DNA of 64,000 bases from Mustelus asterias. Lineage: Eukaryota. The notes under the pieces are model-generated. The model was not told the DNA's origin. It made no database searches and saw only the letters and a program-made list of their open reading frames with translations. Of the stretch, positions 35,230 to 46,778 are shown in pieces. A program made the position numbers and the translations under genes. The DNA lies in NCBI RefSeq assembly GCF_964213995.1, contig NW_027590123.1:1054001-1118000 (forward strand). Direction: 5' to 3'. Numbering within the stretch: position 1 is the first letter of the stretch; the number at the start of each line of letters is the position of its first letter.

Positions 35230-35460
35230 CATTCTTTAATTTATTTGTTAGTCACAAGTCCAGCTTACGTTAACACTGCAGCGAAGCTAACCGAGTCGTC
35301 ACAGTTCGTGTCAATGCACTTAACCAGTACGTGCGAAAAAGCCTCAGCACTCAGAGAAAACCCACGCAGACACGGGGAGGACACACACAGACAGTGGCTC
35401 ATGCTGGGAATCGAACCGGGGTACGGCAAGTTATGTGAAAGTAGCGCTAATGACTAACCT
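35230..35460 (-). mobile_element. Decayed tRNA-derived SINE
   Basis: Plus strand shows AACCCACGCAGACACGGGGAG...ACAGACAGTGG...GGGAATCGAACC, the reverse complement of the SINE core and B box. Confidence 0.65.
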
Positions 35461-38400
35461 TCCTTCTATTCTCCAGAACTGCTCGCAAGCGATTTGGAAT
35501 GAGACCAGCTCTCTCACTGAACACACTTCAGGCTGGGGTGGACAGATTCCTGATTGAACCGGGAATGAAGTGGAGTGGGCGGTAAAATTAAATTGAAACC
35601 CAGGATTAATCATGAGTTAAAGTTTCGCGTTCAGTTATTAAGTTTAATAGTATTTGAAATATATAAATTACTACAAATATGTTTGAGATAAATATTTACG
35701 AAATTAATAATGTCGATAACACTGGTTATCAGCAGAGCTGGAAGCACATGAGAAATACTGTCATTGACGCCCATGGACTAAATGATAAAGAAAAGCTGTG
35801 TAACAATAAAAGCTGGTGGCGGAGGGGGCGGGGGGGGGGGGGGGGGCGGTGTGGGGGCGGAAAACACAGCGACAGTTCGGTCTCTGGATGGTCTCGAATC
35901 ACCAATCTCTCAATTAATAACCAAGTTCGCTGACTGATCGCGCCAGAGAGGATGACATGGCTGTCGCTATGCGTGACATGCTAAATCAGGCTGGAAGCGT
36001 TTTCTCTGCAAATTTGACGCCAGTTCTATTTGCACCAAACCTGATATAGGAAGACCACATGATGATATAGTTGACAAATCTAAACAAGTTCCTTGGACTA
36101 CTTTACCTCCACAGTGTTGTTTTGATGCAGTGGTTAAATCCTTCCGCCAAAAATGGGAAAAAGGGCCGTTTGATAGAGCAGATACGGACAAACTACTTCC
36201 ATTGACTTGAGTCCGGAAACAGAGGACTGGGATTGAAGATCATTAAAGACAGAGAGACTTGCATTTATATAGAGCCTCTTCCTACCAGCGGACGTCACAA
36301 AGAACTTTCCAACCACTGAAGGACTGTCATAATTGAAAAAAGAAATCGAGTTAAATACTGAAGAGGACATCACGAATTGAACAAGGAACCTCTAGATATG
36401 CAGTCAAATGCTCGACAACTGAGCGTCAAGCCTCCGCCTTTGTCGTTCCTCAAGCGCCTGTCACGCTCACTGTCTATATTTACGTTTGCTCCTGCGTGCG
36501 TCACTGTGGTTATGTACCCGGAGGGTGTGAACACATTTTTAGCATCAAAACCTCTGTTCACTTACTGTATAAATCTTCACGGTAAATGGTACAAAACATA
36601 ACAAAAGTTTTGAAGTTGTAAGAGGAACTGACACTTCCTGTTTCTTTTTGAGTGGAGACATTTTTGACTCAGTTCCCGTATGTTCCATAGCGGAAGCTGA
36701 CTAAAATTTCACTGATCAACATTTAAAAGGACATTGGTTTACTTGGTGCGATGGTGGGTTACAATTCTATATCTAGAACGACTGCATCAATTTCGATCAG
36801 TTACTGAGAATGGCATTAGGTTCGATAGTATGTGCAGGGCTGATATAACTTGTCTAATTTTATTTGAATTCGACATTGCTAAATCTAATCCTATCATAGC
36901 GTCCCTGCAGTGAAGAATCAGGACATGCGGCCCATCAATTTTGAACCAACTCTTTGATATATCATCTTACCCAGTTCTAAATGATCAGCCCCACATCCTG
37001 AGACTGTGCACCTTTTTCTAGATTCCCTGACTAGCGGAAACAATCTCATGTCTTTCGTCTGACTCCAGAGAATTATAACACAATTTACTCAGCATTTCAT
37101 GAATTTCAACATGGGGAACACGACAAGCCCCCTTTGTTCTACAGAACCTCCTAGTTTCATGCCATTCGTTGAATACTTCGTTGTCAAATTACTCCTTCTA
37201 AATTTTATCACCACACTCTTTTCAGGGTTAAATTCCATCTGCAACTTACCGGCCCATTTGAACATTCCATCCATATCCTCTTGTCGTCAAAGAGACTCAA
37301 CCTCAGTGTTAACCACTCGCCAAATGAAAGTGGTCATCTTTCAATCTGTATTCTCTGACAACGCTGGCAGTTTTAGACTTCACAGTCAACTGATGGGACG
37401 AGTGGAATGTGCAGGAAACGTTTTGATTGCAATTTATTGAAGGACTGAATGTGGATTTTTCTCTCTCCCTTTGGCTCTCCACAATCTGGCCGATGAAAAA
37501 CAGAATGAGAGAGAGGCGGAGAAGATAGGAGTATGAGGACGATGTTGATGTGGGGCGGTTTATTAAGAGAGGCAAAGGTTCTGTAGTTCTCTACAGAGTT
37601 GGAGTGGGGAGAGGTGACTGATAGAAGTTGGAGCTCAATTGCTGATGCTGAATGTACATACAGCACTAGTCCAGGCGTGAGGAGGTTTAGTGGTTGTGCA
37701 GGGAGAACCTAGCCAACCATCTCCAAAAGGAAACCCACCGATTCCTGTTAATCATCTGGAAAATCTGAACTGGACCGCCTCGACTGCAATTATATTTCCC
37801 ATAAAATAACGAGAGGCAGGAGTATACACATTATTTCTAATATGGGTTCTCCATCCACAGTGCTGCAACCGTCAAAGCCTCGGGTCACTTGTTAGAGTGT
37901 GGTATTAAAAGGAGCTACTAGCTCCATTTGTCACAGTTGTGTCCAGCGCCACACGATCAGCTGAATGACCACTGTTCGCACCATCGATTTTCTACTGTTC
38001 TATTTTTCACCAGAGGGTACTTATAAAATTATATCGGGTATATTTCAGATTAAATAATATTTTATTGCCAGTTTTACAAAAACTCTGGACTGATACTTTC
38101 TTTTTCAATCTACCAATCAAAAGTAATCGAAGGCTTTGAATATTACCAGGATAAGTTAGTTGAAATTCCAAGACTTTTCGAGAATGCAACTGTTGAAGAT
38201 CGAAGGAATAGCTTCCACACAGACTGCAGGGAACATGGCATAAGGAAGAAGATGAAAGTTTGAATGAATAATACAGGGCACATCCTCACTTATCTCCAAA
38301 GATACCAGAAATTTTACATGTGTTTCCGAAAGTAGTTTGGACACGTGATTTACCCCACTCTCGGAGTAATCTCCATAAAATATTATCTGTGAACAACTTG

Positions 38401-38924
38401 AGGGTAAATGTCTGTCTTATTGATTTTAAACTGTTTCTTGCTGAATAGCAGCAGTGCAATGTTTCCAATCATCCTGCTTCTGACACCTCTCTTGCATGAA
38501 CAGAAGAATCCCGAATCTGCACTAATTTCATGATTACAATTTCATTCAAATTCTGAAATTGTAGGCTGACATTATGTGATAGAAATATTCGTAACTCCTT
38601 TAATTCACTTCAGTTCAGTACATAGTGTTAATCAATATTCATCTTTTTTCACCAAACTGCTGGACAAATCTGTTTGCCTTCAGTCAGTTCCTGTACTATG
38701 AGTGCAAAAGACTTTCAATAAACATATATTTTGCAATAAAAGCCGAAGTAATCATGTTTGTTCATTGATCGTGATTAATGTCATTCCGCACATCATTTAA
38801 TTGTTTCACCAGGGACTTTCCTCACTTGGTAAATATAGAATGTTTTCATTGTGCGCATCAGTGTTAAAAGTGAGAGTGGTCTCCAGTACAACCAGTGATC
38901 ATTGAATCTCAGAGTCACTAAACC

Positions 38925-39021
38925 ATGTTCTGGATTATTCCACTTGAGCTTCGTGTTGCTTGGGTACTTCACGATATCCAAAGGATTTACTACCCACTCC
39001 TCGCTGCAGTTGGTGTAGCTG
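38925..39021 (+). CDS. GPR139-like class A GPCR, exon 1
   Basis: ACCATG after an in-frame TAA; MFWIIPLELRVAWVLHDIQRIYYPLLAAVGVA plus a phase-1 G, then donor GTGAGT at 39022. Confidence 0.85.
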
Positions 39022-39700
39022 GTGAGTTAAATTTCACTCTGTTGATTGCACTTGTCCATGAGACCCAGTTAATAATTTTATAATGTGCAAACTTCATGTT
39101 GCATATGTGCTAATGCAATTGGAAAATTTCTCTATCTTCCCAGCAGACATTTTCCCTACTCTTGCCTGGTGGTTGCTCTCTATTTCCCAATCTCCCCCCT
39201 CCCCACTACCAACCCCCTCTCCTCACTCCCCCCACTCCCACCACACCTTCACCGGCCACTTCCACTATTCCTGCCTTAATATCTACAGGGTCCTGCCTCA
39301 GTAAAATAAAATATATAATTTCCAGTTTTGTGATTTACAACCAATTCCAAATCAACTTATGCAATATCTTCAGATGCACAGTCTGCAGCACAGTCACAGC
39401 AGAATGACCCAGACCAGGAACTTTTCGTCCAAACCCATTGGCACCATTGTGTCTCCCAAATACAAATAAAGAGAAGGCAGGGAATTGGAGATCTGCTCTG
39501 TTGGTAAATTTAGTTTCTTGATACCTCAGTGCGATGCTTTCTTACTGTGAACCCAGTCTCAGCAGAACAGGTGAATCCATGTTTTTCTGAGGCTGGACTC
39601 TGTAAAACAAAATCCTGTAGCTGTTCTCCAGGAACCTGCCAGATTACTGCTCCTGTTCTCAGTCTGAAATATGAGTTAATTGTCTCTCTCTTCCCTGCAG

Positions 39701-40602
39701 TGAACTTATTGACGATTCTTATCCTGTCTCGAGGAAGGTGTGGACTTTCCAAATGTGTCTCACGTTACCTAATTTCCATGTCAGTGGCGGATCTACTCGT
39801 CGTCATCATCGACCTCCTATTGAGGCAAATTCCCATCAGTTTCAGAGCTCAATTTGTCTTCATGTATCACATTGAAGTGTGCAATATCCATGCCGTCCTG
39901 CTTTACGCAGTCACTGACTGTTCTGTCTGGTTCACTGTCACTTTTACCTTTGATCGATTCGTGGCCATTACTTGTCAGAAGCTGAAAATAAAATACTGCA
40001 CTGAGGAAACGGCAACTGTGGTTCTAGGAACAGTGAGTGTGCTATTCACTGTAAAAAACACTTTCTGGTACTTTATGTGTGAGAATAGCTATTGGCTTTC
40101 CAATACTCCCTATTTCTGTTCTGTAGATTTTGATGTCGCCTCCTCACCAGCATGGGCAGCAGCTGAAAGTCTCCACTATATTTTAACCCCGACTATTCCT
40201 TTTTTGTTGGTTGTGCTGTTCAACGTTTTAACCGTTAAATACATTGTAGTGTTGAGTAAAGTCCGCAGGAGACTTCGGACCCACAAGAATGGGGAAAGTC
40301 CAAGTGACCCAGAGATAGAGAAAAGAAGAAAATCTATCATCATACTGTTTGCAATATCGGGAAATTTTCTCCTGTTATGGTCGGTGTTCCTCTTCTATTG
40401 TTTTTATGAACGACTGTACATGTTTAAATTAGTTCTGTCGCGTTTACCACATTTTCTTCAGGAATTAGGATTTATGCTCCAACTCCTGAGTTGCTGCACC
40501 AACACATGCATCTATGCAGTGACACAGACACAGTTCAGAGAGGATCTGAAAAATGTGGTGATGTTTCCAGTAACTGGAATTTTGAAATTCATTAAACAGT
40601 AA
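39701..40602 (+). CDS. GPR139-like class A GPCR, exon 2 (spliced protein ~332 aa)
   Basis: Acceptor CTCTCTTCCCTGCAG|TG, phase-compatible with exon 1. 7TM motifs: VNLLTI (TM1), MSVADLL (TM2), SVWFTVTFTFDRFVAI (TM3), SCCTNTCIY (TM7). ORF intact to TAA 40602. Confidence 0.9.
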
Positions 40603-41899
40603 TAAGCTATTCTATCACCACAACGTATTTATCTGATGTTTTGCACAGAAACTCATCGCAATTAGAAACACAGTGATGTCGATTTTGCTTTATTCATCCC
40701 GATAAATCCATGAACAACAATTGTAGAAATTCAAAAGGAAACGACTTCAGATCCAAAGCTGTCTGGATTTGAATCAGTTAAAATCAGCGATTTAACATGG
40801 GCTGGACACATTGAGTTCCAGAATAAAATATTCGCCTGTCAAATTCGGGAGGAGGTTACTGACCTTAGCATTTTACATCAACACTCATCCCACAACGAAA
40901 ATATCTGCCAGCACCACCCCTACCAACCTCACGGTACCGGCCCCACCACCCGATCTCTCACATCACACGTCCCCCTGCGCACCCCCCCGCCCCCCCGCCC
41001 CGCCGCCACCCCCAACCCCGTTCGGGAAATATTCACTATTGTATCTCGTGATGGTGAATTGAAGAAGTGGATGTGAGATTAATGAAGGCTGGTATTGGGG
41101 AAGAGGAAGTGAAGGGAGGGGTGGTGGGCGTTGCGAGTCATTTGTCGTGTGCTGAGACGACAATGTCCATAAAATATTAGCCCGAAACATCCATACAGTT
41201 GAAATCAGAGTCATGTTGCAGCTGCGACGACATTTAATAAAATCCAGTGCCAGCATTCGACAGCGCACTTGATTCAATTCACTGAGAACTCAAATAACTG
41301 CACAGCAAATCATTCCAATGCGCCCATGAATTTTGCAGTGTGTGTTATAGGTCAGAGTGACGTAAGGCCTCAAATGTGCCGGAGTGTAATCTTCAAATAA
41401 GCAAACACATTTTAATATAGATGGAACAGAGTACAGGCAGGGTTGTGAAGGGTCTCTGGAACACATGAGAACTCAATAATGGAAAATTCAGAGAAAATTA
41501 GATTTGTGTCCAATTATAATGAAATAATACTTAATAAAATCTGGATTTAAAAAGCAGCCAGCTCTTCATAAAAAATTAAAGTGAATGTAAAGAAATAATT
41601 AGCAGTTAAGAGACACATTTATTCGCGAGTGGATGAATATAAATCAAGTATTAAATTCCCTATCCTTGGGCCAGATTTCCTTGTGGATATTATTGAGAGG
41701 GATGCGGATGCCGTTGCTTTGCTAATTGTTTCCTTTTTGGGGAAGCAAGGTATTAAATTTATATTGAAAATCACCTCAAAACTGTTTATTTATCTTGAGC
41801 TTACAAATGATACAATGCCACCATCTGCTGACAACCCACAACTGCTGCAGACGCTGGTCTTTGTGAGTCTCAGAAAAGTTCAGTAACTCGAGACTGCAT

Positions 41900-42425
41900 T
41901 TTTGATTTGATTTATCATTGTCACATGTATTAACATACAGTGAAAAGTGTTGTTTCTTGCATGCTATCCGAATAAACATATTGTACTTAAAGAAGGAAAG
42001 GAGAAAGTACAGCATGTATGGCTACGGTCATAGGTAGGATGGAGAGAAAGATCAACTTTGGTCCATTCAACACTCTGATGGCAACATGGAAGAAGCTGTT
42101 CTTAAGTCTGTTAGTACGTGGCCTCAGGCTTTTGTATCTTTTTCCCAACAGAAGGTGGAAGAGAGAATGTCGGGATGTGTGTGGCCCTTAATTATGCTGG
42201 CTGCTTTTCCGCGACAGCGAGAAGAGTAGACAGTCCCAACGGATGACAGGCGAGTTTGGCGTCATGGACACTTTATAGTTTCCTGCAGGCTTGGAGAGAG
42301 TAGGAGCCGTACATAGCTGTGATACATTCAGAAATAATGCTTTCTATGTTGCATGTGCAAAAGTTGTTTAGAGTCATAGCTGACACGACACATTTCCTTA
42401 GCCTCCTGAGAAAGTAGAGGACCGG
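41900..42425 (-). mobile_element. Rex1/Babar-type LINE 3' remnant
   Basis: LYFLRRLRKCVVSAMTLNNFCTCNIESIISECITAMYGS; similar to 18110-18360. Confidence 0.7.
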
Positions 42426-43832
42426 TTCCTGAAATGTGAAGATTGAACAATATTTTCTGGGATTGAAGTTTACAGCAGGAGCTCGGAGGGCGTATTCGCC
42501 CTTTTTATAAGCAGACACTGTACATGTACTCTGTTCCTCATGACCCATTGGAAGATATTGCCTTGAGATAGAAGGTGGAATTATTTCAGGCTGCGATGTA
42601 TACATTTGAAACAGTTATCAAATATAAATCACACTCAGAATGGGAGTAAGTAAACTTTGCTGCCCTCTGTAATTCCTCTGCCAGACATTGTCAATGTTTC
42701 AGCTTAGCGGAACACCCAAAATACAGAGATATTAATAGGGGCACACACACACACACACACATAGAAATTTAGGGGCACACACAAGTATATGGGCACACAC
42801 ACATGCACAGAGATACATGGGCATACACACAGAGACAGACAGTTGCAGGGGTGTGCGCGCACACACACACACACACAGGTCCTGCTAAAAAGGTTTTCAC
42901 AATAACTTCATTGCAGTGTTAATGTAAGCCTATTTGTTACACTAAAACATACATTTTAATGATTCCATTATAATTGCGCAAATTTCTCAGAATTATTCTT
43001 CGAAAATTGAAGACGCAATCATTTTAAGGACAGATTCATTTATATATATATTTTTTATATATGTGTGTATATATTAAGATATATATATACACACACACAC
43101 ATATCCGTTATTCACATTCTGTCCGTGCTCTTTCAGAAAGAAAGAGTTAAACAAACTATGGCCATATCGTGATACAGGATAAACACTTGAGTTGGAATCT
43201 AAATGCTAAACTTCTATTCTTGCCCCAATTTGACCTACCATTTATAGAGTCGTAGAGTCATTATTCCATGACCTCAACAAGTTTCACACCTACTTATCAG
43301 GGGAGGTATAGGGTTTTTTTTAGAGGCTATGCACGGAGCTGAACCTTTGCTAATACAAAGACTCACGCACTTTCCTGGTGAAAGACTATTCTCTATTCAC
43401 GAACACATGCCAGGAGAGAAGGGCTGTGCAGTCCAACTCTTCTCTGAAGTGGCAATTCAATTATACAAATTTCAAAAGTAATTTTACGCGCCTCCTGATT
43501 CATCATGAGCGAATCATCTTTCGAACAGGTCAATCATTATTAGTAAATGTAATGTACCTTGGCCAATTGCAGATATTCTCTGACAGCATGGATACAATAA
43601 GTTCTCGCGGTTTTTGCCTGATATTCCTACGGCCACCTGTCTTGGCTTTTATCTGGCCTATTTTTTAAGCTGTCTGGAACCACTAGTTTGTCCTTGCTCA
43701 ATCAATGTCTCTTTCACTGAGCTGTCTGGTACCCATGCTGACAAGAGCTATGCTTTGATGTGTGTATTGTTATAACGACGGTGGTTGACTTTACTGGCCT
43801 ACTGTCCATGAAACGTTAGACCCCTGTGGGAG

Positions 43833-43907
43833 TAGCCAAGATGTATACATGTTCAATAATACACTTTCAAAAATAGTGTATTATTGAACATGTATACATC
43901 TTGGCTA
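43833..43907. repeat. Perfect inverted repeat (33-bp arms, 9-nt spacer)
   Basis: TAGCCAAGATGTATACATGTTCAATAATACACT-TTCAAAAAT-AGTGTATTATTGAACATGTATACATCTTGGCTA. Confidence 0.95.
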
Positions 43908-44239
43908 ATGTTTAAATTTTCTAACTGTCGTTATATATCTTTCTATGCTGAGAGCACATCTGTAAAATATATATAAGGCAGTCTGGCATTCTTATCCTAA
44001 GGTAATCCATTCTGTTCTCAGAGTCTTTATGAGTATTTTAAATCCCAAAGTTTTTTGAGCTCCTTTAACGGGAGGGTTTGGTGTTGCCTCTTGTGAAACA
44101 GGTGGGCCATTCGCTAACACAGGTCAACACAGAGGCTAAATGATATTACAATTGTTTCTGGAACTGTGAACTTCCAGGATGGACAGGTTGGTTGAAGTGA
44201 TTCTGATTCAAAGGTGAAATTTGTTTCTGTTAAACCAAC

Positions 44240-44870
44240 TCAATCTCACAGAGACATTGACACTCACTCAAGCACAAGCATGTCCTCACAAGCGCACGCT
44301 GTCATATTCAAACACTCTCTCACATGCACATGCTGTCATACACACTCTCTCATACACATCTCATAAACCACGCACACATGCATCCACGCACACACCTACA
44401 CACACATCTATACACACACACACACACGCACACACGCCATTAACGAAACAGAAGCATAGACTCACACACAGGGATGCAGACAGTGAGAAACTGAAAACCT
44501 CACCGATAGAGGGACACACACACAGATACAGGGGCACACTCAGATGCAGGGTACACAGATATACGCGCAGATATAGGGGCACAGACACACATATGGGGCA
44601 CACACGCATAGATATAGGAGCACAGGCACTGATACAGACACACACACAGATACAGGGACACACACAGGTGCAGGGACACGAACAGATGCAGGGATACAGA
44701 CACTGATAAAGCGGCACACGCACGCTGACACAGAGGCACAGTCACAGATACATTACACACACAGATACGGGAACAGGCACACACGCAGGCACAAACGCAC
44801 ACACACAGCCACCCACACACACAGGCATACACATGCACACAGACATAGTGGTACACAGAGATACAGCACA
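44240..44870 (+). repeat. Degenerate CA-rich low-complexity repeat
   Basis: Imperfect (CA)n and CACAGATACAGGGG-type units. Confidence 0.85.
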
Positions 44871-45190
44871 GTGATATGACCACAGATGCTGCCAAACTTG
44901 CTGAGAATTTCCATCATCTACAGTTTTTAATATGGCTTTATAACAACGTAAAAGAAACAACAAGTCGGCAATGATCAGTATAATCAGGACAAATTTAAAC
45001 ATTGACCAGAATGGCATTTTTACATTGCAAAATTCTGAATTGGAACGTAAGGAGTTTAAGCGAAATGTGTGTAAGTTGCTTTGTGTTTCTATTTTGTGTT
45101 GTCTTGTATGTTTCACCGGAACCACGGGGATGAGGTTGGTGGATTTTTGAAATTGAAAGATATACGTGAGCATTTTTGTGGGACCATTGC

Positions 45191-46778
45191 CCTCTTTTTA
45201 GGTCAAACCAAATAAACAAACTCAGATTAAATCAGGACAAAGTAAAAGGGGCAGCTCCCCAAAGAGGAGGGGGAACAGCCCGAACAGAAATCAAAATACA
45301 AAGGAAACTTAAAAACATCAAATTAAAATGTGATTATTTGGGTCAATAATGCACCCCAACCCCTGCGGTGCCCAGCGGGCGCGGAAAGCATCAACCGCGC
45401 CCGTGGACACCGCATGCTCCCTCTCCAGGGACACCCGGGCGCGAACGTAGCCGCGGTAGAGGGGAAGACAGTCAGGATGGACGGCCCCCTCGATCGCCCG
45501 CTGCCTGGACCGGTAAATGGCGCGTTTCGCCAGGCCCAGGAGCAGGTTCACGAGGAGGTCGCCATCCCGACCCTCCCCTCTCCGCACCGGGTGTCCGTAG
45601 ATCAGGAGCGTGGGACTGAAGTGCAAACAAAACATCAATAAAAGGTTCTTCAGGAAAACATAAAGGGAGTGCAGCCTAAGACACTCAACATAGACATGGT
45701 CCACGGACTCCACAAGGCCGCAGAAAGGGCAGTCTTCGGAGCCCGTGAACCAGTGAATCCTACGGTTGTGCGGAACTGCTGCATGCAACACCCTCCACCC
45801 CAGGTCCCCGACGTAATTGGGGGAGATCCCTCCGTAGAGGGACCTCCAGCGGGGACCTCCGCCGCCCGGCGGCAACAAGGCCCGCCAAGGTGTATCCGGG
45901 CGACAGGCGAGGAGGCGGTAGTGGAAGGTGTGCAGCAGCAGCCCGCACAGGAAACGCCTCCGCGCGGTAGAAAAAGGCACGGAGGGCATTTCCGCGAGGC
46001 GGCTCAGGCTGTGGGGCACCTCACCCAGGGGAGGGGGCTGAGGCTTTGGGCCAATGTGGAATTCCGCCCGAACAGGGGAACGCTCGGGCGGGATCCCACC
46101 GCACGCCTGCGCCGTCTCAAGTTTGCGTGCAGTTTCGGGGCCGAGCACGACCGTCCTAAGGTCTAGGATGGCTTTGGCCGCGCGCCGGACGGACGTCCCC
46201 GCGCGCTCAGCCAGCACGCGGGGTCTCATCCAGCCTGCTCCTCCGCCATCGAGCACGTCCCCGATTCTGGTCACCCCGGCGTCCACAGCCCCCCTCTCCG
46301 CCAGCCACCTGAAGTTATACGGCTGGAGGAGCGGATTCCTGAGCAGCGGCTCTCGCACGAGAGCCGCTACTCCTGACGGGGGAGAGCTGCGTCGCGAGGC
46401 GACCTTGTTCCAGACAGTGAGGAGGTCCTGGTAAAAGACGGGCAACTCCTGCAGGGCGGTCGAAGCACGCCCCAGTTCGATATGCAGGAGCTGCACGTCA
46501 TAATTGAGGCCATGCCACTGGCGGAAGAAATACGTCCCATGGCACACCACTGTGGAGGGGGCTCAACGTAAAGGTACCTCTGCAGGGCCTGGAGGCGGAA
46601 GGTCGCTATCTGAGTGCGGAGGCACACCAGACCTTGTCCGCCCTCCTCAAGCGGGAGATACAGGACCGCAGCAGGGACCCAGTGCAGTCGATTGCCCCAG
46701 AAGAACCGCACGAGGGTTCTCTGGATATCGGTGACAAAGCCAGGGGGAGGGGTCAAAGGGACCAGCCGGCACCACAGC
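45191..46778 (-). mobile_element. Tx1-clade LINE, inverted 3' fragment (ORF2 C-terminus plus 3' UTR)
   Basis: ORFs 45318-46550 and 46367-46798 match the ORF2 C-terminus, with one frameshift near 46530. Element end GACCTAAAAAGAGG lies at 45204-45191. Confidence 0.95.

Noticed and set aside
39529-39700. N-terminal extension of the GPCR ORF
   Set aside because: It is intronic read-through upstream of a strong acceptor; a phase-compatible exon 1 exists at 38925-39021.
43300-44220. Possible LTR/ERV remnant around the palindrome
   Set aside because: Only vague motif-like traces and no continuous reading frame; cannot be supported without a search.
44221-44895. His/Thr-rich and Cys/Val-rich ORFs (also 11730-12009)
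   Set aside because: These are translations of (CA)n/(TG)n low-complexity DNA.
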